From positions 1 to 48,542 of the forward strand of contig DASVNU010000114.1 in NCBI GenBank assembly GCA_036383655.1: a stretch of DNA of 48,542 nucleotides, in the 5' to 3' direction. The translations under genes were made by a program, and so were the position numbers. A model generated the notes under the pieces. That model ran no database searches, was not told where the DNA came from, and saw nothing but the letters and a program-made list of their open reading frames with translations. Every line of letters starts with the position of its first letter. Position 1 is the stretch's first letter. Source of the stretch: Sphingomonas sp. Its GTDB lineage: Bacteria; Pseudomonadota; Alphaproteobacteria; Sphingomonadales; Sphingomonadaceae. Positions 1 through 10,040 of this stretch are shown in pieces.

Positions 1-377
1 TCGAACGTATCCGCCACGACCGGCTGGACAGCGATTTCCGGCTGCGGCGCGGGCGCCTCGATCAGACCTTCGGGCTCGTCCTCGACGGCTTCGTCGAGCA
101 CCGGCGGTTCGAATTCCTGCTTCAGCGCATGGCGCTGCGCCAATACCGGCGGCACGCCTTCGGGCGGCGGCTGGATCTGGTCGTCCTCGTGCAGGGGATG
201 GATGTCGGCGATCGGCTCGGGCATCTGGCCCATGTCGTTCCAACCGAGATCCTCGATCCCGGCCAGCGAGGCATAACCGCCGGTGAAACCTTGCGGACGC
301 ATTGCCGGACGCGCCTGCCCCTTGCGGGCGAGCAGGCCGGAAGACAGAGAGGCAAAAGGCTTGGGTTCGCTCATCAT
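1..377 (-). CDS. Hypothetical protein downstream of parA; runs off the left window edge
   Basis: Not in the ORF track. Read by hand from ATG 377 (or 374): MMSEPKPFASLSSGLLARKGQARPAMRPQGF...EDLGWNDMG, open to the edge. A GAGGG RBS overlaps the parA stop. Confidence 0.75.
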   Translation of the reverse strand, partial: MMSEPKPFASLSSGLLARKGQARPAMRPQGFTGGYASLAGIEDLGWNDMGQMPEPIADIHPLHEDDQIQPPPEGVPPVLAQRHALKQEFEPPVLDEAVEDEPEGLIEAPAPQPEIAVQPVVADTF

Positions 378-387
378 CGCGCCACCC

Positions 388-1113
388 TCAGCTCATCACT
401 CGGCGGCCGAAGCCACCACCGCCGGCCTGCGGACGCGCACCGAAACCCGGATGCTGCATCGCGGTCGGCGCGGAAAATATCGTGCGACGGAAATTCTTTT
501 CGAGACGGTCAGAGATATAGGCCCAGAGCTCGGTGACTTCGGCGGCCGAGCGACCCTTGGGATCGACTTCCATCACCGTGCGGCCATCGATCATCGAGGC
601 GGCGAAATCGGTGCGATGGTGGATCGTGATCGGCGCGACCGTGCCGTGCTGCGACAGCGCGACCGCGGCTTCCGAGGTGATCTTGGCCTTGGGCGTCGCG
701 CCGTTGACCACGAAGATCAGCGGCTTGCCCGCGCGCTCGCACAGATCGACCGTGGCGCCGACGGCGCGAAGGTCGTGCGGCGACGGACGGGTCGGAATGA
801 CGATCAGCTCGGCCACCTGGATGACGCTCTGAATCGCCATCGTGATCGCCGGCGGCGTATCGATCACCGCCATCTTGAAGCCTTGCTGACGCAGCACTTC
901 GAGATCGGCGGCAAGCCGCGCAACGGTGGTCTGAGCAAAGGCGGGAAATTCCGTCTCACGCTCGTTCCACCAATCCGACAGCGACCCCTGGGGGTCGATG
1001 TCGATCAGCACAACGGGGCCGGCTCCGGCGAGCTGTGCCTGCACCGCAAGGTGCCCAGACAGCGTCGTCTTGCCCGATCCGCCCTTCTGCGATGCCATCG
1101 CGAGAACGCGCAT
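388..1113 (-). CDS. ParA/MinD-family ATPase (orphan)
   Basis: Deviant Walker A QKGGSGKTT, IDIDPQGS, Walker B VIDTPP. Confidence 0.93.
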   Translation of the reverse strand: MRVLAMASQKGGSGKTTLSGHLAVQAQLAGAGPVVLIDIDPQGSLSDWWNERETEFPAFAQTTVARLAADLEVLRQQGFKMAVIDTPPAITMAIQSVIQVAELIVIPTRPSPHDLRAVGATVDLCERAGKPLIFVVNGATPKAKITSEAAVALSQHGTVAPITIHHRTDFAASMIDGRTVMEVDPKGRSAAEVTELWAYISDRLEKNFRRTIFSAPTAMQHPGFGARPQAGGGGFGRRVMS

Positions 1114-1162
1114 TGATCCTATTACTCCCCGCTATTCACCGGCTGAGGTGCCACGGGGCGAG

Positions 1163-1178
1163 CTAAGAACAGGTTAAC
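1163..1178. promoter_or_regulatory. Putative CtrA binding site
   Basis: CTAA-gaacagg-TTAAC, one mismatch to TTAA-N7-TTAAC, between the divergent parA and SPOR genes. Confidence 0.6.
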
Positions 1179-1290
1179 GGCGTGATATTCAGTCTCACCC
1201 CGGAACGATCGTGACTAACCTTTTCTTTGCCATTCGCCCGTTAGAGCGCGATATTCATTACAAAGTGCAGTTGGGCGGGACACGAGTAAC

Positions 1291-2439
1291 ATGCGAACGC
1301 TGATCGGCGCTGCGGCGCTTTCCCTTGCCACGATCGCGGCGACCGTCGTCATCGGCGCGCCGGCCATGGCCGACACCAAGACCGGGGTCGATGCCTGGAA
1401 CCGCGGCGACTATAGGGCCGCGGTCGACGAATGGCGCAAGGCGGCGATCGCCGGCGATCCCGACGCGCAGTTCAATCTCGGCCAGGCTTACAAGCTCGGG
1501 CGCGGCGTGCCGGTCGACCTTCAGATGGCCGAAAGCTGGTATCGCAAGGCGGCGCTCCAGGGTCATGCCCAGGCCGAGGACAATTACGGTCTCGCATTGT
1601 TTCAGGACGGCAAGCGCGCCGACGCCGTGCCGTGGCTGGAAAAGTCGGTCGGCCGCGGCGAACCCCGCGCCGAACTCGTGCTCGGCACGATGCTGTTCAA
1701 CGGCGACGGAATCGAACGCGACTGGGTGCGCGCCTATGCGCTGATGACGCGCTCGTCAGGCGCCGGCCTTCCCCAGGGGTCGCAGACGCTCGCCGAGATG
1801 GACAAATATATTCCCGCCGACCAGCGCCAGCGCGGCATCGAGCTTGCGCGCAAGATGGATACGCAGGTCGCCGGCAACGGCAATTACGCCTCCGAGATCA
1901 CCGGCGGTGGCCCGAATGGCCCCGCCATCACGCCGACCGATGTCCCGCCTTCGCCGACGCCCGGTCCGGTCTATGCGCAGCCCGGCGCCAGCTACCCAAC
2001 GCCTGGCAAGGGAGCCAAGCCGGGCAGGAACAAGCCCCCCGTCCTCGCCGCCAACCCGCCGCAGAGCTATACTCCGGCGCCCGCCTACAATCCCGGGCCG
2101 GTGTACAACCCAGCCCCCGCCTATACGCCCCTGCCTGCCCAGCACCCGAAGCCGGCGCCCGTCCGCCCGGCGCCCGGACCCACGCCCGTCGCGGTTGCCA
2201 GCAGCGGTGGCGGCTGGCGCGTCCAGTTCGGCGCGTTCCGCGACGAGGGTAACGCCAAGGCGCTGTGGACCCGGCTCAAGGGTCAGGTCGGCGGCCTTTC
2301 CGGCATGCAGCCCTATCTGCGTCGCGTCGGTGCGATTACCAAGCTCCAGGCCGGGCCGGTCCGCTCGCAGGGCGATGCCGCGCGGCTATGCGGCGCGGTC
2401 AAGCGCGCCGGGTCGGAGTGCGTGCCGGTCGCTCCGTAG
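1291..2439 (+). CDS. Exported Sel1-repeat and SPOR domain protein
   Basis: Signal peptide, Sel1 repeats (AQFNLGQAYKLGRGV...WYRKAA), Pro-rich linker, C-terminal SPOR (WRVQFGAF). Confidence 0.9.
   Translation: MRTLIGAAALSLATIAATVVIGAPAMADTKTGVDAWNRGDYRAAVDEWRKAAIAGDPDAQFNLGQAYKLGRGVPVDLQMAESWYRKAALQGHAQAEDNYGLALFQDGKRADAVPWLEKSVGRGEPRAELVLGTMLFNGDGIERDWVRAYALMTRSSGAGLPQGSQTLAEMDKYIPADQRQRGIELARKMDTQVAGNGNYASEITGGGPNGPAITPTDVPPSPTPGPVYAQPGASYPTPGKGAKPGRNKPPVLAANPPQSYTPAPAYNPGPVYNPAPAYTPLPAQHPKPAPVRPAPGPTPVAVASSGGGWRVQFGAFRDEGNAKALWTRLKGQVGGLSGMQPYLRRVGAITKLQAGPVRSQGDAARLCGAVKRAGSECVPVAP
2068..2139 (+). repeat. Four degenerate 18-bp coding tandem repeats
   Basis: Encode YTPAPA-YNPGPV-YNPAPA-YTPLPA. 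Confidence 0.7.
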
Positions 2440-2441
2440 AG

Positions 2442-3716
2442 TCAGGCCGGGCCGGTATAGTCCGGCCCGTACACCGCCTGGCGGATGTCGTGGTGCAACG
2501 TCCCGTCGAACGGGATGACCTGGACGAAGAACACCGCGGCCAGGTCGTTGACCGGATCGACCCAGAACAAGGTCGTCGCCGCGCCGTCCCAGAAGAACTC
2601 GCCGACGCTGCCGCGATTCTCCTTCGCGTCCTTTGGCGGCGCGACTCGCACCGCGAAATCGAGCCCGAACCCGACCGAGCCCTTGCCGGGCAGGAAGAAG
2701 CGCTGGGTGATGCGCGGATCGAGCTGATCGGTCGACATCACGCGGATCGTATCGGGCGACAGGATCCGCGTTCCGCCGAGCGCGCCGCGCCCGAGCAGCA
2801 TCCGCGCGAACCGCATATAATCGTCGAGCGTCGAGGCGAGCCCGGCGCCACCCATCGTCAGCTTGCGCGGCCCGAAGTTGAGTGCGCGCGTCTTCTCGTC
2901 GGGCATGCGCGTCAGCGTGCCGCCCGGCCCCTGCGTGTAAGCGGCAGCGAATCGTGACAGGCGCTCCTGCGGCTGCGTCCAACCGGTGTCCTTCATCCCC
3001 AGCGGTTCCAGGACGGAGCGGCGGACGTGCGGCTCGAACGCCTCGCCGGTCAGGTGCTCGACCAGCAGCGCCTGGACATCGACCCCCGTGCTGTAGCTCC
3101 ACTCGGCGCCCGGATCGAACAGCAGCGGCACACTGGCCAGCTTGTCGCCGAACTCGGACAGGCTGTTGGTCAATGCGAGCGGATCGACCTCGTGAAAGAT
3201 CTTGTCGGCGGCGGTGTCGCGCATGCCGTAGGAGAAGCCGGCGGTGTGCCGCATGATATCCCGGATGACGATCGGTCGCGCCGGGTCGCGCAGCAACGGC
3301 TTGCCGTCGGCCCCGGTCCCGCCGGCGAGCACCTTCACCTTGCCGAACGCCGGCAGATAGTTCGCCAGCGAATCGTCTAGCCCGAACTTGCCCTGCTCCC
3401 AGAGCTGCATCAACGCGACGCCGGTCACCGGTTTGGTCATCGAGAAGATCTGCACGAGCGTATCGCGCGCCATCGCCCGCTTCGCTTCGCGATCGGCAAA
3501 GCCGGCCGCGCCGAAATAGCGCTCGACCCCGCGTTGCCAGATCAGGCACGATGCGCCTGAGACGCGATTGGCGGAGACCATCTGCTTGAGCGCGGCATCG
3601 AGGCGATTGCGATCGATCGCGAACCCGGTCGGACTGGGAGACAGGCGACGTTCGGCAGCGAATGCCGGCAGAGCCAACCCTGACGCCATGGCCGCAAGTG
3701 CACTACGTCGATCCAT
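2442..3716 (-). CDS. Serine hydrolase, beta-lactamase/esterase family VIII-like, with Tat signal
   Basis: SMTK (SxxK), MRHTAG, WSYS motifs; N-terminus MDRRSALAA; AAGGAG RBS before ATG 3716. Confidence 0.88.
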   Translation of the reverse strand: MDRRSALAAMASGLALPAFAAERRLSPSPTGFAIDRNRLDAALKQMVSANRVSGASCLIWQRGVERYFGAAGFADREAKRAMARDTLVQIFSMTKPVTGVALMQLWEQGKFGLDDSLANYLPAFGKVKVLAGGTGADGKPLLRDPARPIVIRDIMRHTAGFSYGMRDTAADKIFHEVDPLALTNSLSEFGDKLASVPLLFDPGAEWSYSTGVDVQALLVEHLTGEAFEPHVRRSVLEPLGMKDTGWTQPQERLSRFAAAYTQGPGGTLTRMPDEKTRALNFGPRKLTMGGAGLASTLDDYMRFARMLLGRGALGGTRILSPDTIRVMSTDQLDPRITQRFFLPGKGSVGFGLDFAVRVAPPKDAKENRGSVGEFFWDGAATTLFWVDPVNDLAAVFFVQVIPFDGTLHHDIRQAVYGPDYTGPA

Positions 3717-3750
3717 CGCCGTCTCCTTCAATTATTGTTAGCGCTAACTA

Positions 3751-4620
3751 TCAGCCAATCCAGTCCTTTCGCGCAACACCCTGCGCAAACAAAAGCGCGG
3801 ACAAGTCGCCATGGTCGATCCGCGCGCCGGCGGCCTCGGCGACCACCGGCTTGGCGTGATAGGCGACGCCTAGCCCGGCCTGGGTGATCATCGCGAGGTC
3901 GTTGGCGCCGTCGCCGACCGCAAGCGTTTCCGCGCGCGACAGGCCGAGGTCGAGCACTGCTTCCGACAAGGTGGCAAGCTTGGTCGAGGCGTCGACGATC
4001 GGTTTGGTCACGGTGCCAGCGAGCTTACCGTCGGCGATCTCGAGCACGTTGGCGATGGCGCGAGTGAAGCCGATCTCGGCGGCGACCGGCTCGGCGAAGC
4101 GGGTGAAGCCGCCCGACACCAGGATCGCGGTGGCTCCCCAGCCGCGCATCGTGCGGACCAGTTCGCGAGCACCGGGCATGATCTTGACGCGTTCGGTGAG
4201 GCATTGCGCGATCACGCCTTCGTCGAGGCCCTTGAGCAGCGCCACGCGCGCGTCGAGCGCCTCGCCGAAATCGAGCTCGCCGCGCATCGCTGCCTCGGTC
4301 ACCGCGGCGATCTGCGCCTTGATCCCGGCATAATCGGCGAGCTCGTCGATGCACTCGACCGTGATCATCGTCGAATCCATGTCGGCGACGATCAGCTTCT
4401 TGCGGCGATCCTCGACCGGCTGGACGACGACGTCATAGCCCTGTCCTTCCAGGGCGGTGCGCGCGGCGTCGGGGTCGCGTCCGAACTGGAGGTCGATCGC
4501 TTCGCCTTCCTCCACCCAGACCTGGGCGACGGGCAAGCAGCCCGCCGTGTCGAGCCGGTCGCGCGCGGCGGTGACCTCGCCCTGGGGCAAAGTGGGAGCT
4601 ATCAGGGTCGCGATGAACAA
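3751..4620 (-). CDS. serB: Phosphoserine phosphatase
   Basis: HAD motifs DMDST, VSGGF, GDGANDL; TTG start at 4620 after AAGGAG. Confidence 0.95.
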   Translation of the reverse strand: MFIATLIAPTLPQGEVTAARDRLDTAGCLPVAQVWVEEGEAIDLQFGRDPDAARTALEGQGYDVVVQPVEDRRKKLIVADMDSTMITVECIDELADYAGIKAQIAAVTEAAMRGELDFGEALDARVALLKGLDEGVIAQCLTERVKIMPGARELVRTMRGWGATAILVSGGFTRFAEPVAAEIGFTRAIANVLEIADGKLAGTVTKPIVDASTKLATLSEAVLDLGLSRAETLAVGDGANDLAMITQAGLGVAYHAKPVVAEAAGARIDHGDLSALLFAQGVARKDWIG

Positions 4621-4649
4621 GCCGGGTCTCCTTGAAGTCGCCGCCCTAC

Positions 4650-4720
4650 CCGCTCGTGTCGAGCGAAGTCGAGACACTATGGGAAGGGAAACGCTTATCG
4701 ACGTCGCTCGACACGAGCGG
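4650..4720. repeat. REP-like palindromic element (family C)
   Basis: Arms CCGCTCGTGTCGAGCGAAGTCGA (4650-4672) and TCGACGTCGCTCGACACGAGCGG (4698-4720), 22/23 complementary. Confidence 0.85.
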
Positions 4721-4730
4721 AGGTCGGCGC

Positions 4731-5657
4731 GTGCCTGAGCGTTCCAAGGTCGCGTTAATTGCCGGGCCGACGGCGAGCGGCAAGTCCGCTATCGCGCTCG
4801 CACTTGCCGAAAAGTCGGGCGGCACCGTCATCAATACCGACAGCGCGCAGGTCTATCGCGATCTGCGCATCGTCACGGCACGACCCACGCCAGAAGAGGA
4901 GGCGCGGGCGCCGCATTGCTTGTTCGGCCATGTCGACGCGGCCGACACCGGCTATTCGGCAGCGCGATGGGCAGCGGAGGCGCGGGTCGAGATCGATCGC
5001 GCGGTCGCGGCGAACTCGCTGCCGATCCTGGTCGGCGGCACAGGGCTTTATCTGCGCACGCTGATCGACGGCATCGCCCCGGTTCCCGAGATCGATCCGG
5101 CAATCCGCGCGGAGGTACGTGCAATGAACCTGGCCGATGCCTATGCGGCACTTACCGCTGTCGACCGGGCGGAAGCGGCAAGGCTCAACCCGGCCGACAC
5201 CATTCGCATCTGCCGCGCGCTTGAGGTCGCCCGCTCGACCGGACGCCCGATCGCCGAGTGGCGGCGCGAGCGCGTCGGCGGGATCGGCGAGCGCATCGAC
5301 CTCATCGCGACGATCCTGCTGCCGCCGCGCGACTGGCTCAACGACCGGATCGATCGCCGCTTCGCCGCGATGGTCGATGCTGGCGCGATGGACGAGGTCG
5401 CCACTCTGATTGCCCGCCAGGACGTGCCGCTCGACGCCCCGATCCGTCGCGCCATCGGTATGCCGGAGCTGGCGGCGGCAGCGCTGGGCGAGTTCACGCT
5501 CGACGACGCGATCGATCGTGCCAGCCTCGCCACCCGCCAATATGCCAAGCGGCAATATACCTGGTTCCGAAATCAGCCACCGGCGGACTGGACACGCAGC
5601 GAAGAGACAGATAGTTTCAATGTCATTAGTGAAATAGCAATAAGATTACAACATTGA
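4731..5657 (+). CDS. miaA: tRNA dimethylallyltransferase
   Basis: GPTASGKS, DSAQVY, VGGTGLY, TRQYAKRQYTWF; GTG start at 4731 after GGAGG. Confidence 0.96.
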   Translation: MPERSKVALIAGPTASGKSAIALALAEKSGGTVINTDSAQVYRDLRIVTARPTPEEEARAPHCLFGHVDAADTGYSAARWAAEARVEIDRAVAANSLPILVGGTGLYLRTLIDGIAPVPEIDPAIRAEVRAMNLADAYAALTAVDRAEAARLNPADTIRICRALEVARSTGRPIAEWRRERVGGIGERIDLIATILLPPRDWLNDRIDRRFAAMVDAGAMDEVATLIARQDVPLDAPIRRAIGMPELAAAALGEFTLDDAIDRASLATRQYAKRQYTWFRNQPPADWTRSEETDSFNVISEIAIRLQH

Positions 5658-5660
5658 CGG

Positions 5661-5689
5661 TTGACGCGTAGTTTTCATGCACGTAGAGC
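5661..5689 (+). promoter_or_regulatory. Putative sigma70 promoter for ilvBNC
   Basis: TTGACG-N17-TAGAGC. Confidence 0.45.
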
Positions 5690-5736
5690 CGCCCGTCTGC
5701 AATCATGTTGCGCATGCGAAGAAGGAGGACATTGTC

Positions 5737-7485
5737 GTGGCCGAGAAAAGTGGAGCCGATATCCTGGTCGAGGCGCTGTGCGATCTCGGCGTGGAGGTCG
5801 TGTTCGGCTATCCCGGCGGCGCGGTGCTTCCGATCTATGACGCGATCTTCAAGCAGAAGCGGCTGCGCCACATCCTGGTTCGTCACGAACAGGCGGCGAC
5901 GCATGCGGCGGAGGGCTATGCGCGCTCGACCGGCAAGCCCGGCGTGGTGCTCGTCACCTCGGGTCCGGGCGCGACCAATGCGGTCACCGGGATCACCGAC
6001 GCGCTGATGGATTCGATCCCGATGGTGGTCATCACCGGTCAGGTCGCGACGCACCTGATCGGATCGGACGCGTTCCAGGAGGCCGACACCGTCGGCATCA
6101 CGCGGCATTGCACCAAGCACAATTACCTGGTGAAGGACCCGGCGCGGCTGGGTGCCACGATCCACGAGGCGTTCCATATCGCCACCTCGGGACGCCCCGG
6201 ACCGGTCGTCATCGACATCCCCAAGGACGTCCAGGTCGCGACCGCCAAATATACCAAGCCGGGACCGATCCAGCACAAGACCTATCGCCCGCAGATCAAG
6301 GCCGATCCCGCGGTGATCGAGCAGCTCGTCGATATGCTGGCGGCGGCCGAGCGCCCGATCCTCTATACCGGCGGCGGAATCATCAATTCGGGGCCGGCTG
6401 CGTCGCAATTGCTGCGCGAACTGGCGCGGATCACCGGCGCGCCAGTCACCTCGACCTTGATGGGCCTGGGCGCTTTCCCCGCGTCGAGCCCGCAATGGCT
6501 CGGCATGCTCGGCATGCACGGGACCTATGAGGCGAACTGGGCGATGAACCAGGCCGATCTGATCATCGCCCTGGGCTCGCGGTTCGATGATCGCGTCACC
6601 GGGCGGCTCGACGCCTTCGCGCCCAATGCGCGCAAGGTCCATGTCGATATCGACCGGTCGAGCATCAACAAGACCGTCCGCATCGACCTCGGCATCGTCG
6701 CCGATGTCGGCCGCGTCCTGGAAGACATGGTCCGCGTGTGGAAAGCGCGCCAGCATCCCAAGCCCGACACCAGCGAATGGTGGCGGCGGATAGAGGGCTG
6801 GCGCGCGGTGCGCAGCCTCGATTTCCCCGAGGGCGACGGCAAGGAGATCATGCCGCAGCGGGCGATCCGCGCCTTGTGGGAAGCGACTCATGATCGTGCG
6901 CCGATCATCACCACCGAAGTCGGCCAGCACCAGATGTGGGCGGCGCAGCATTTCGATTTCGAGGCCCCCAACAAATGGCTGACCTCGGGTGGGCTCGGCA
7001 CGATGGGCTACGGCCTGCCCGCTGCGATCGGCGCGCAGCTCGGCAATCCCAAGTCGCTGGTCATCGACATCGCCGGCGAAGCGTCGATCCAGATGAACAT
7101 CCAGGAACTGGCGACGGCGACGCAATACCGGCTGCCGGTCAAGATCTTCATCCTCAACAACGAATATATGGGGATGGTCCGCCAGTGGCAGGAGCTGACC
7201 TATGAAGGCCGCTATGCCGAGAGCTATTCGGACAGCCTGCCCGATTTCGTGAAGCTCGGCGAAGCCTATGGCTGGAAGGGTATTTTGATCGAGCAGATGT
7301 CGCAGCTCGACGGCGGCATCGCCGACATGCTGGCGCATGACGGGCCGGTGATCGTCGATTGTCGCGTCGCCAAACTGGCGAATTGTTTCCCGATGATCCC
7401 GTCGGGGGCATCGCACGTCGAAATGATCCTGCAGACCGACAAGGTCGCGGGCACGCTCAACGACGAAGCCAAGGCGCTGGTCTAG
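5737..7485 (+). CDS. ilvB: Acetolactate synthase large subunit
   Basis: FGYPGGAVL, RHEQAA, TSGPGATN, SGGLGTMG, GMVRQWQ; GTG start after AAGGAGG. Confidence 0.97.
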   Translation: MAEKSGADILVEALCDLGVEVVFGYPGGAVLPIYDAIFKQKRLRHILVRHEQAATHAAEGYARSTGKPGVVLVTSGPGATNAVTGITDALMDSIPMVVITGQVATHLIGSDAFQEADTVGITRHCTKHNYLVKDPARLGATIHEAFHIATSGRPGPVVIDIPKDVQVATAKYTKPGPIQHKTYRPQIKADPAVIEQLVDMLAAAERPILYTGGGIINSGPAASQLLRELARITGAPVTSTLMGLGAFPASSPQWLGMLGMHGTYEANWAMNQADLIIALGSRFDDRVTGRLDAFAPNARKVHVDIDRSSINKTVRIDLGIVADVGRVLEDMVRVWKARQHPKPDTSEWWRRIEGWRAVRSLDFPEGDGKEIMPQRAIRALWEATHDRAPIITTEVGQHQMWAAQHFDFEAPNKWLTSGGLGTMGYGLPAAIGAQLGNPKSLVIDIAGEASIQMNIQELATATQYRLPVKIFILNNEYMGMVRQWQELTYEGRYAESYSDSLPDFVKLGEAYGWKGILIEQMSQLDGGIADMLAHDGPVIVDCRVAKLANCFPMIPSGASHVEMILQTDKVAGTLNDEAKALV

Positions 7486-7492
7486 TAATTAC

Positions 7493-7575
7493 CGTCATCC
7501 CAGCGAAAGCTGGGATCTCGTGCCACATGCGCACGCCATTATAACAGGGAGACCCCAGCTTTCGCTGGGGTGACG
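7493..7575. repeat. REP-like palindromic element (family A)
   Basis: CGTCATCCCAGCGAAAGCTGGGATC ... GACCCCAGCTTTCGCTGGGGTGACG. Confidence 0.9.
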
Positions 7576-7583
7576 AGCCAAGG

Positions 7584-8099
7584 GTGCACATCAAGGAAGA
7601 GAAAGCCGAGCGGCATACGCTCGCCATCATCGTCGACAACGAGCCGGGCATCCTGGCGCGGATCGCCGGCCTGTTCACCGCACGCGGCTATAATATCGAA
7701 AGCCTGACGGTGAGCGAGATCACCGAGGACAAGCAGGTCAGCCGGATCACCATCGTGACCTCGGCGAGCCCGCACGTGCTCGAGCAGATCGTGGCGCAAC
7801 TCGACCGGCTGGTCCCCGTGCACAAGGTCCACGACCTCACCGCCGAGGGCGATCACGTCGAGCGCGAGCTGGCGTTGGTCAAGGTGCGCGGTACCGGCGA
7901 GGCACGGATCGAGGCGTTGCGGCTGGCCGAGGTGTACCGCGCCCGCGTGGTCGACGCGACCATCGCCAGCTTCGTGTTCGAGGTGACCGGCGGCACCGAG
8001 AAGATCGACAAGTTCGTCGAGCTGATGAACGAGGTCGGCCTGATCGAGGTCGCGCGCACCGGCATCGTCGCCATTTCGCGGGGGAAGGACGCGGCGTAA
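7584..8099 (+). CDS. ilvN: Acetolactate synthase small subunit
   Basis: ACT domain NEPGILARIAGLFTARGYNIESL; lies between ilvB and ilvC. Confidence 0.97.
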   Translation: MHIKEEKAERHTLAIIVDNEPGILARIAGLFTARGYNIESLTVSEITEDKQVSRITIVTSASPHVLEQIVAQLDRLVPVHKVHDLTAEGDHVERELALVKVRGTGEARIEALRLAEVYRARVVDATIASFVFEVTGGTEKIDKFVELMNEVGLIEVARTGIVAISRGKDAA

Positions 8100-8125
8100 A
8101 AGCCGGACCCGACCCAAAACCAATC

Positions 8126-8212
8126 CGTCACCCCGCGAAAGCGGGGGCCCATCTTCCCCGGCGCGCCTGGGGTGAGTCCAGGAGATGGGTTCCCGCTTTC
8201 GCGGGAATGACG
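8126..8212. repeat. REP-like palindromic element (family A)
   Basis: CGTCACCCCGCGAAAGCGGGGGCCCATCT ... AGATGGGTTCCCGCTTTCGCGGGAATGACG. Confidence 0.9.
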
Positions 8213-8219
8213 TTCATGA

Positions 8220-9260
<1,041 letters not shown>

Positions 9261-9428
9261 CGATCGATTGCCTGTCGGCGACCTCTTCCGTTTGACCTCG
9301 CGGATGCCATGGCGCATTTTTGCGGCGATAAAACAGGAGAGGTCGCCGGCGTCTTCATCATGGGGATGCATGGTTCCCCTGGTTTCGGATAAGGTCGATC
9401 TGGTGATCAACGCGGGGTTCGAGGCCGA

Positions 9429-10034
9429 GTGAGCGACGAGGGGGAGGAAGGCAGGCCGGGCATCGGGCGTGTCGAGGCGTTTTCGGACGGCGTGCTGGCG
9501 ATCATCGTCACCATCATGGTGCTCGAGCTGCACGCGCCGGAGGCTCCCGGGCTCGACAAGCTTGTGCATCTCTGGCCGGTCTTCCTCGCCTATGTGCTGA
9601 GCTTCGCTTATGTCGGGATCTACTGGGCGAACCATCACCGCTTGTTCAGCCATGCGAGGCGCGTGACCAACCTGCTCGTCTGGCTGAACCTTGGTCTGCT
9701 GTTCACGCTCTCGCTGATCCCGTTCACCGCCGCCTATCTCGGCGAGCAGCATTTCAGCCGCGACGCCACCTTGGTCTATCTGGCGTCGATGGTCTTCCCG
9801 GGTGTGTTCTACGTTCCGTTGCAAGGCGAAATCCGGCGTACCGGCGTGCATGGACCGGCCGCCGACACCTATCATCGCCAGACATCGCGCAAGGGCGTCG
9901 CCGCGGTGTTGATCTATCTGACCGGCGCGGCGCTCACATTCGTGTCGCCGTGGCTCGGCATTGCCGCGGCGGGGCTCGTCGCGTTCCTCTGGTGCCTGCC
10001 GAAGAGCCCGCTCGACGCGCTGTTCGGCGATTAG
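9429..10034 (+). CDS. TMEM175-family potassium channel
   Basis: RVEAFSDGVLAIIVTIMVL, YWANHH, several TM helices. Confidence 0.88.
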   Translation: MSDEGEEGRPGIGRVEAFSDGVLAIIVTIMVLELHAPEAPGLDKLVHLWPVFLAYVLSFAYVGIYWANHHRLFSHARRVTNLLVWLNLGLLFTLSLIPFTAAYLGEQHFSRDATLVYLASMVFPGVFYVPLQGEIRRTGVHGPAADTYHRQTSRKGVAAVLIYLTGAALTFVSPWLGIAAAGLVAFLWCLPKSPLDALFGD

Positions 10035-10040
10035 GGAAAC

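Noticed and set aside
2442-3716. Antibiotic-resistance beta-lactamase
   Set aside because: Has SxxK but lacks the KTG motif (WDG instead), which fits an esterase-type hydrolase
5658-5736. Attenuator leader peptide before ilvB
   Set aside because: No short Ile/Leu/Val-rich ORF or terminator hairpin found; ATG 5677 is just an in-frame extension
5626-7416. Long antisense ORFs (also 11094-12353, 37618-39162, 46599-48464)
   Set aside because: Shadow frames of well-supported genes, expected in high-GC DNA
7493-8212. Repeats as a CRISPR array
   Set aside because: They are dispersed inverted repeats without regular spacers, and no cas genes are present
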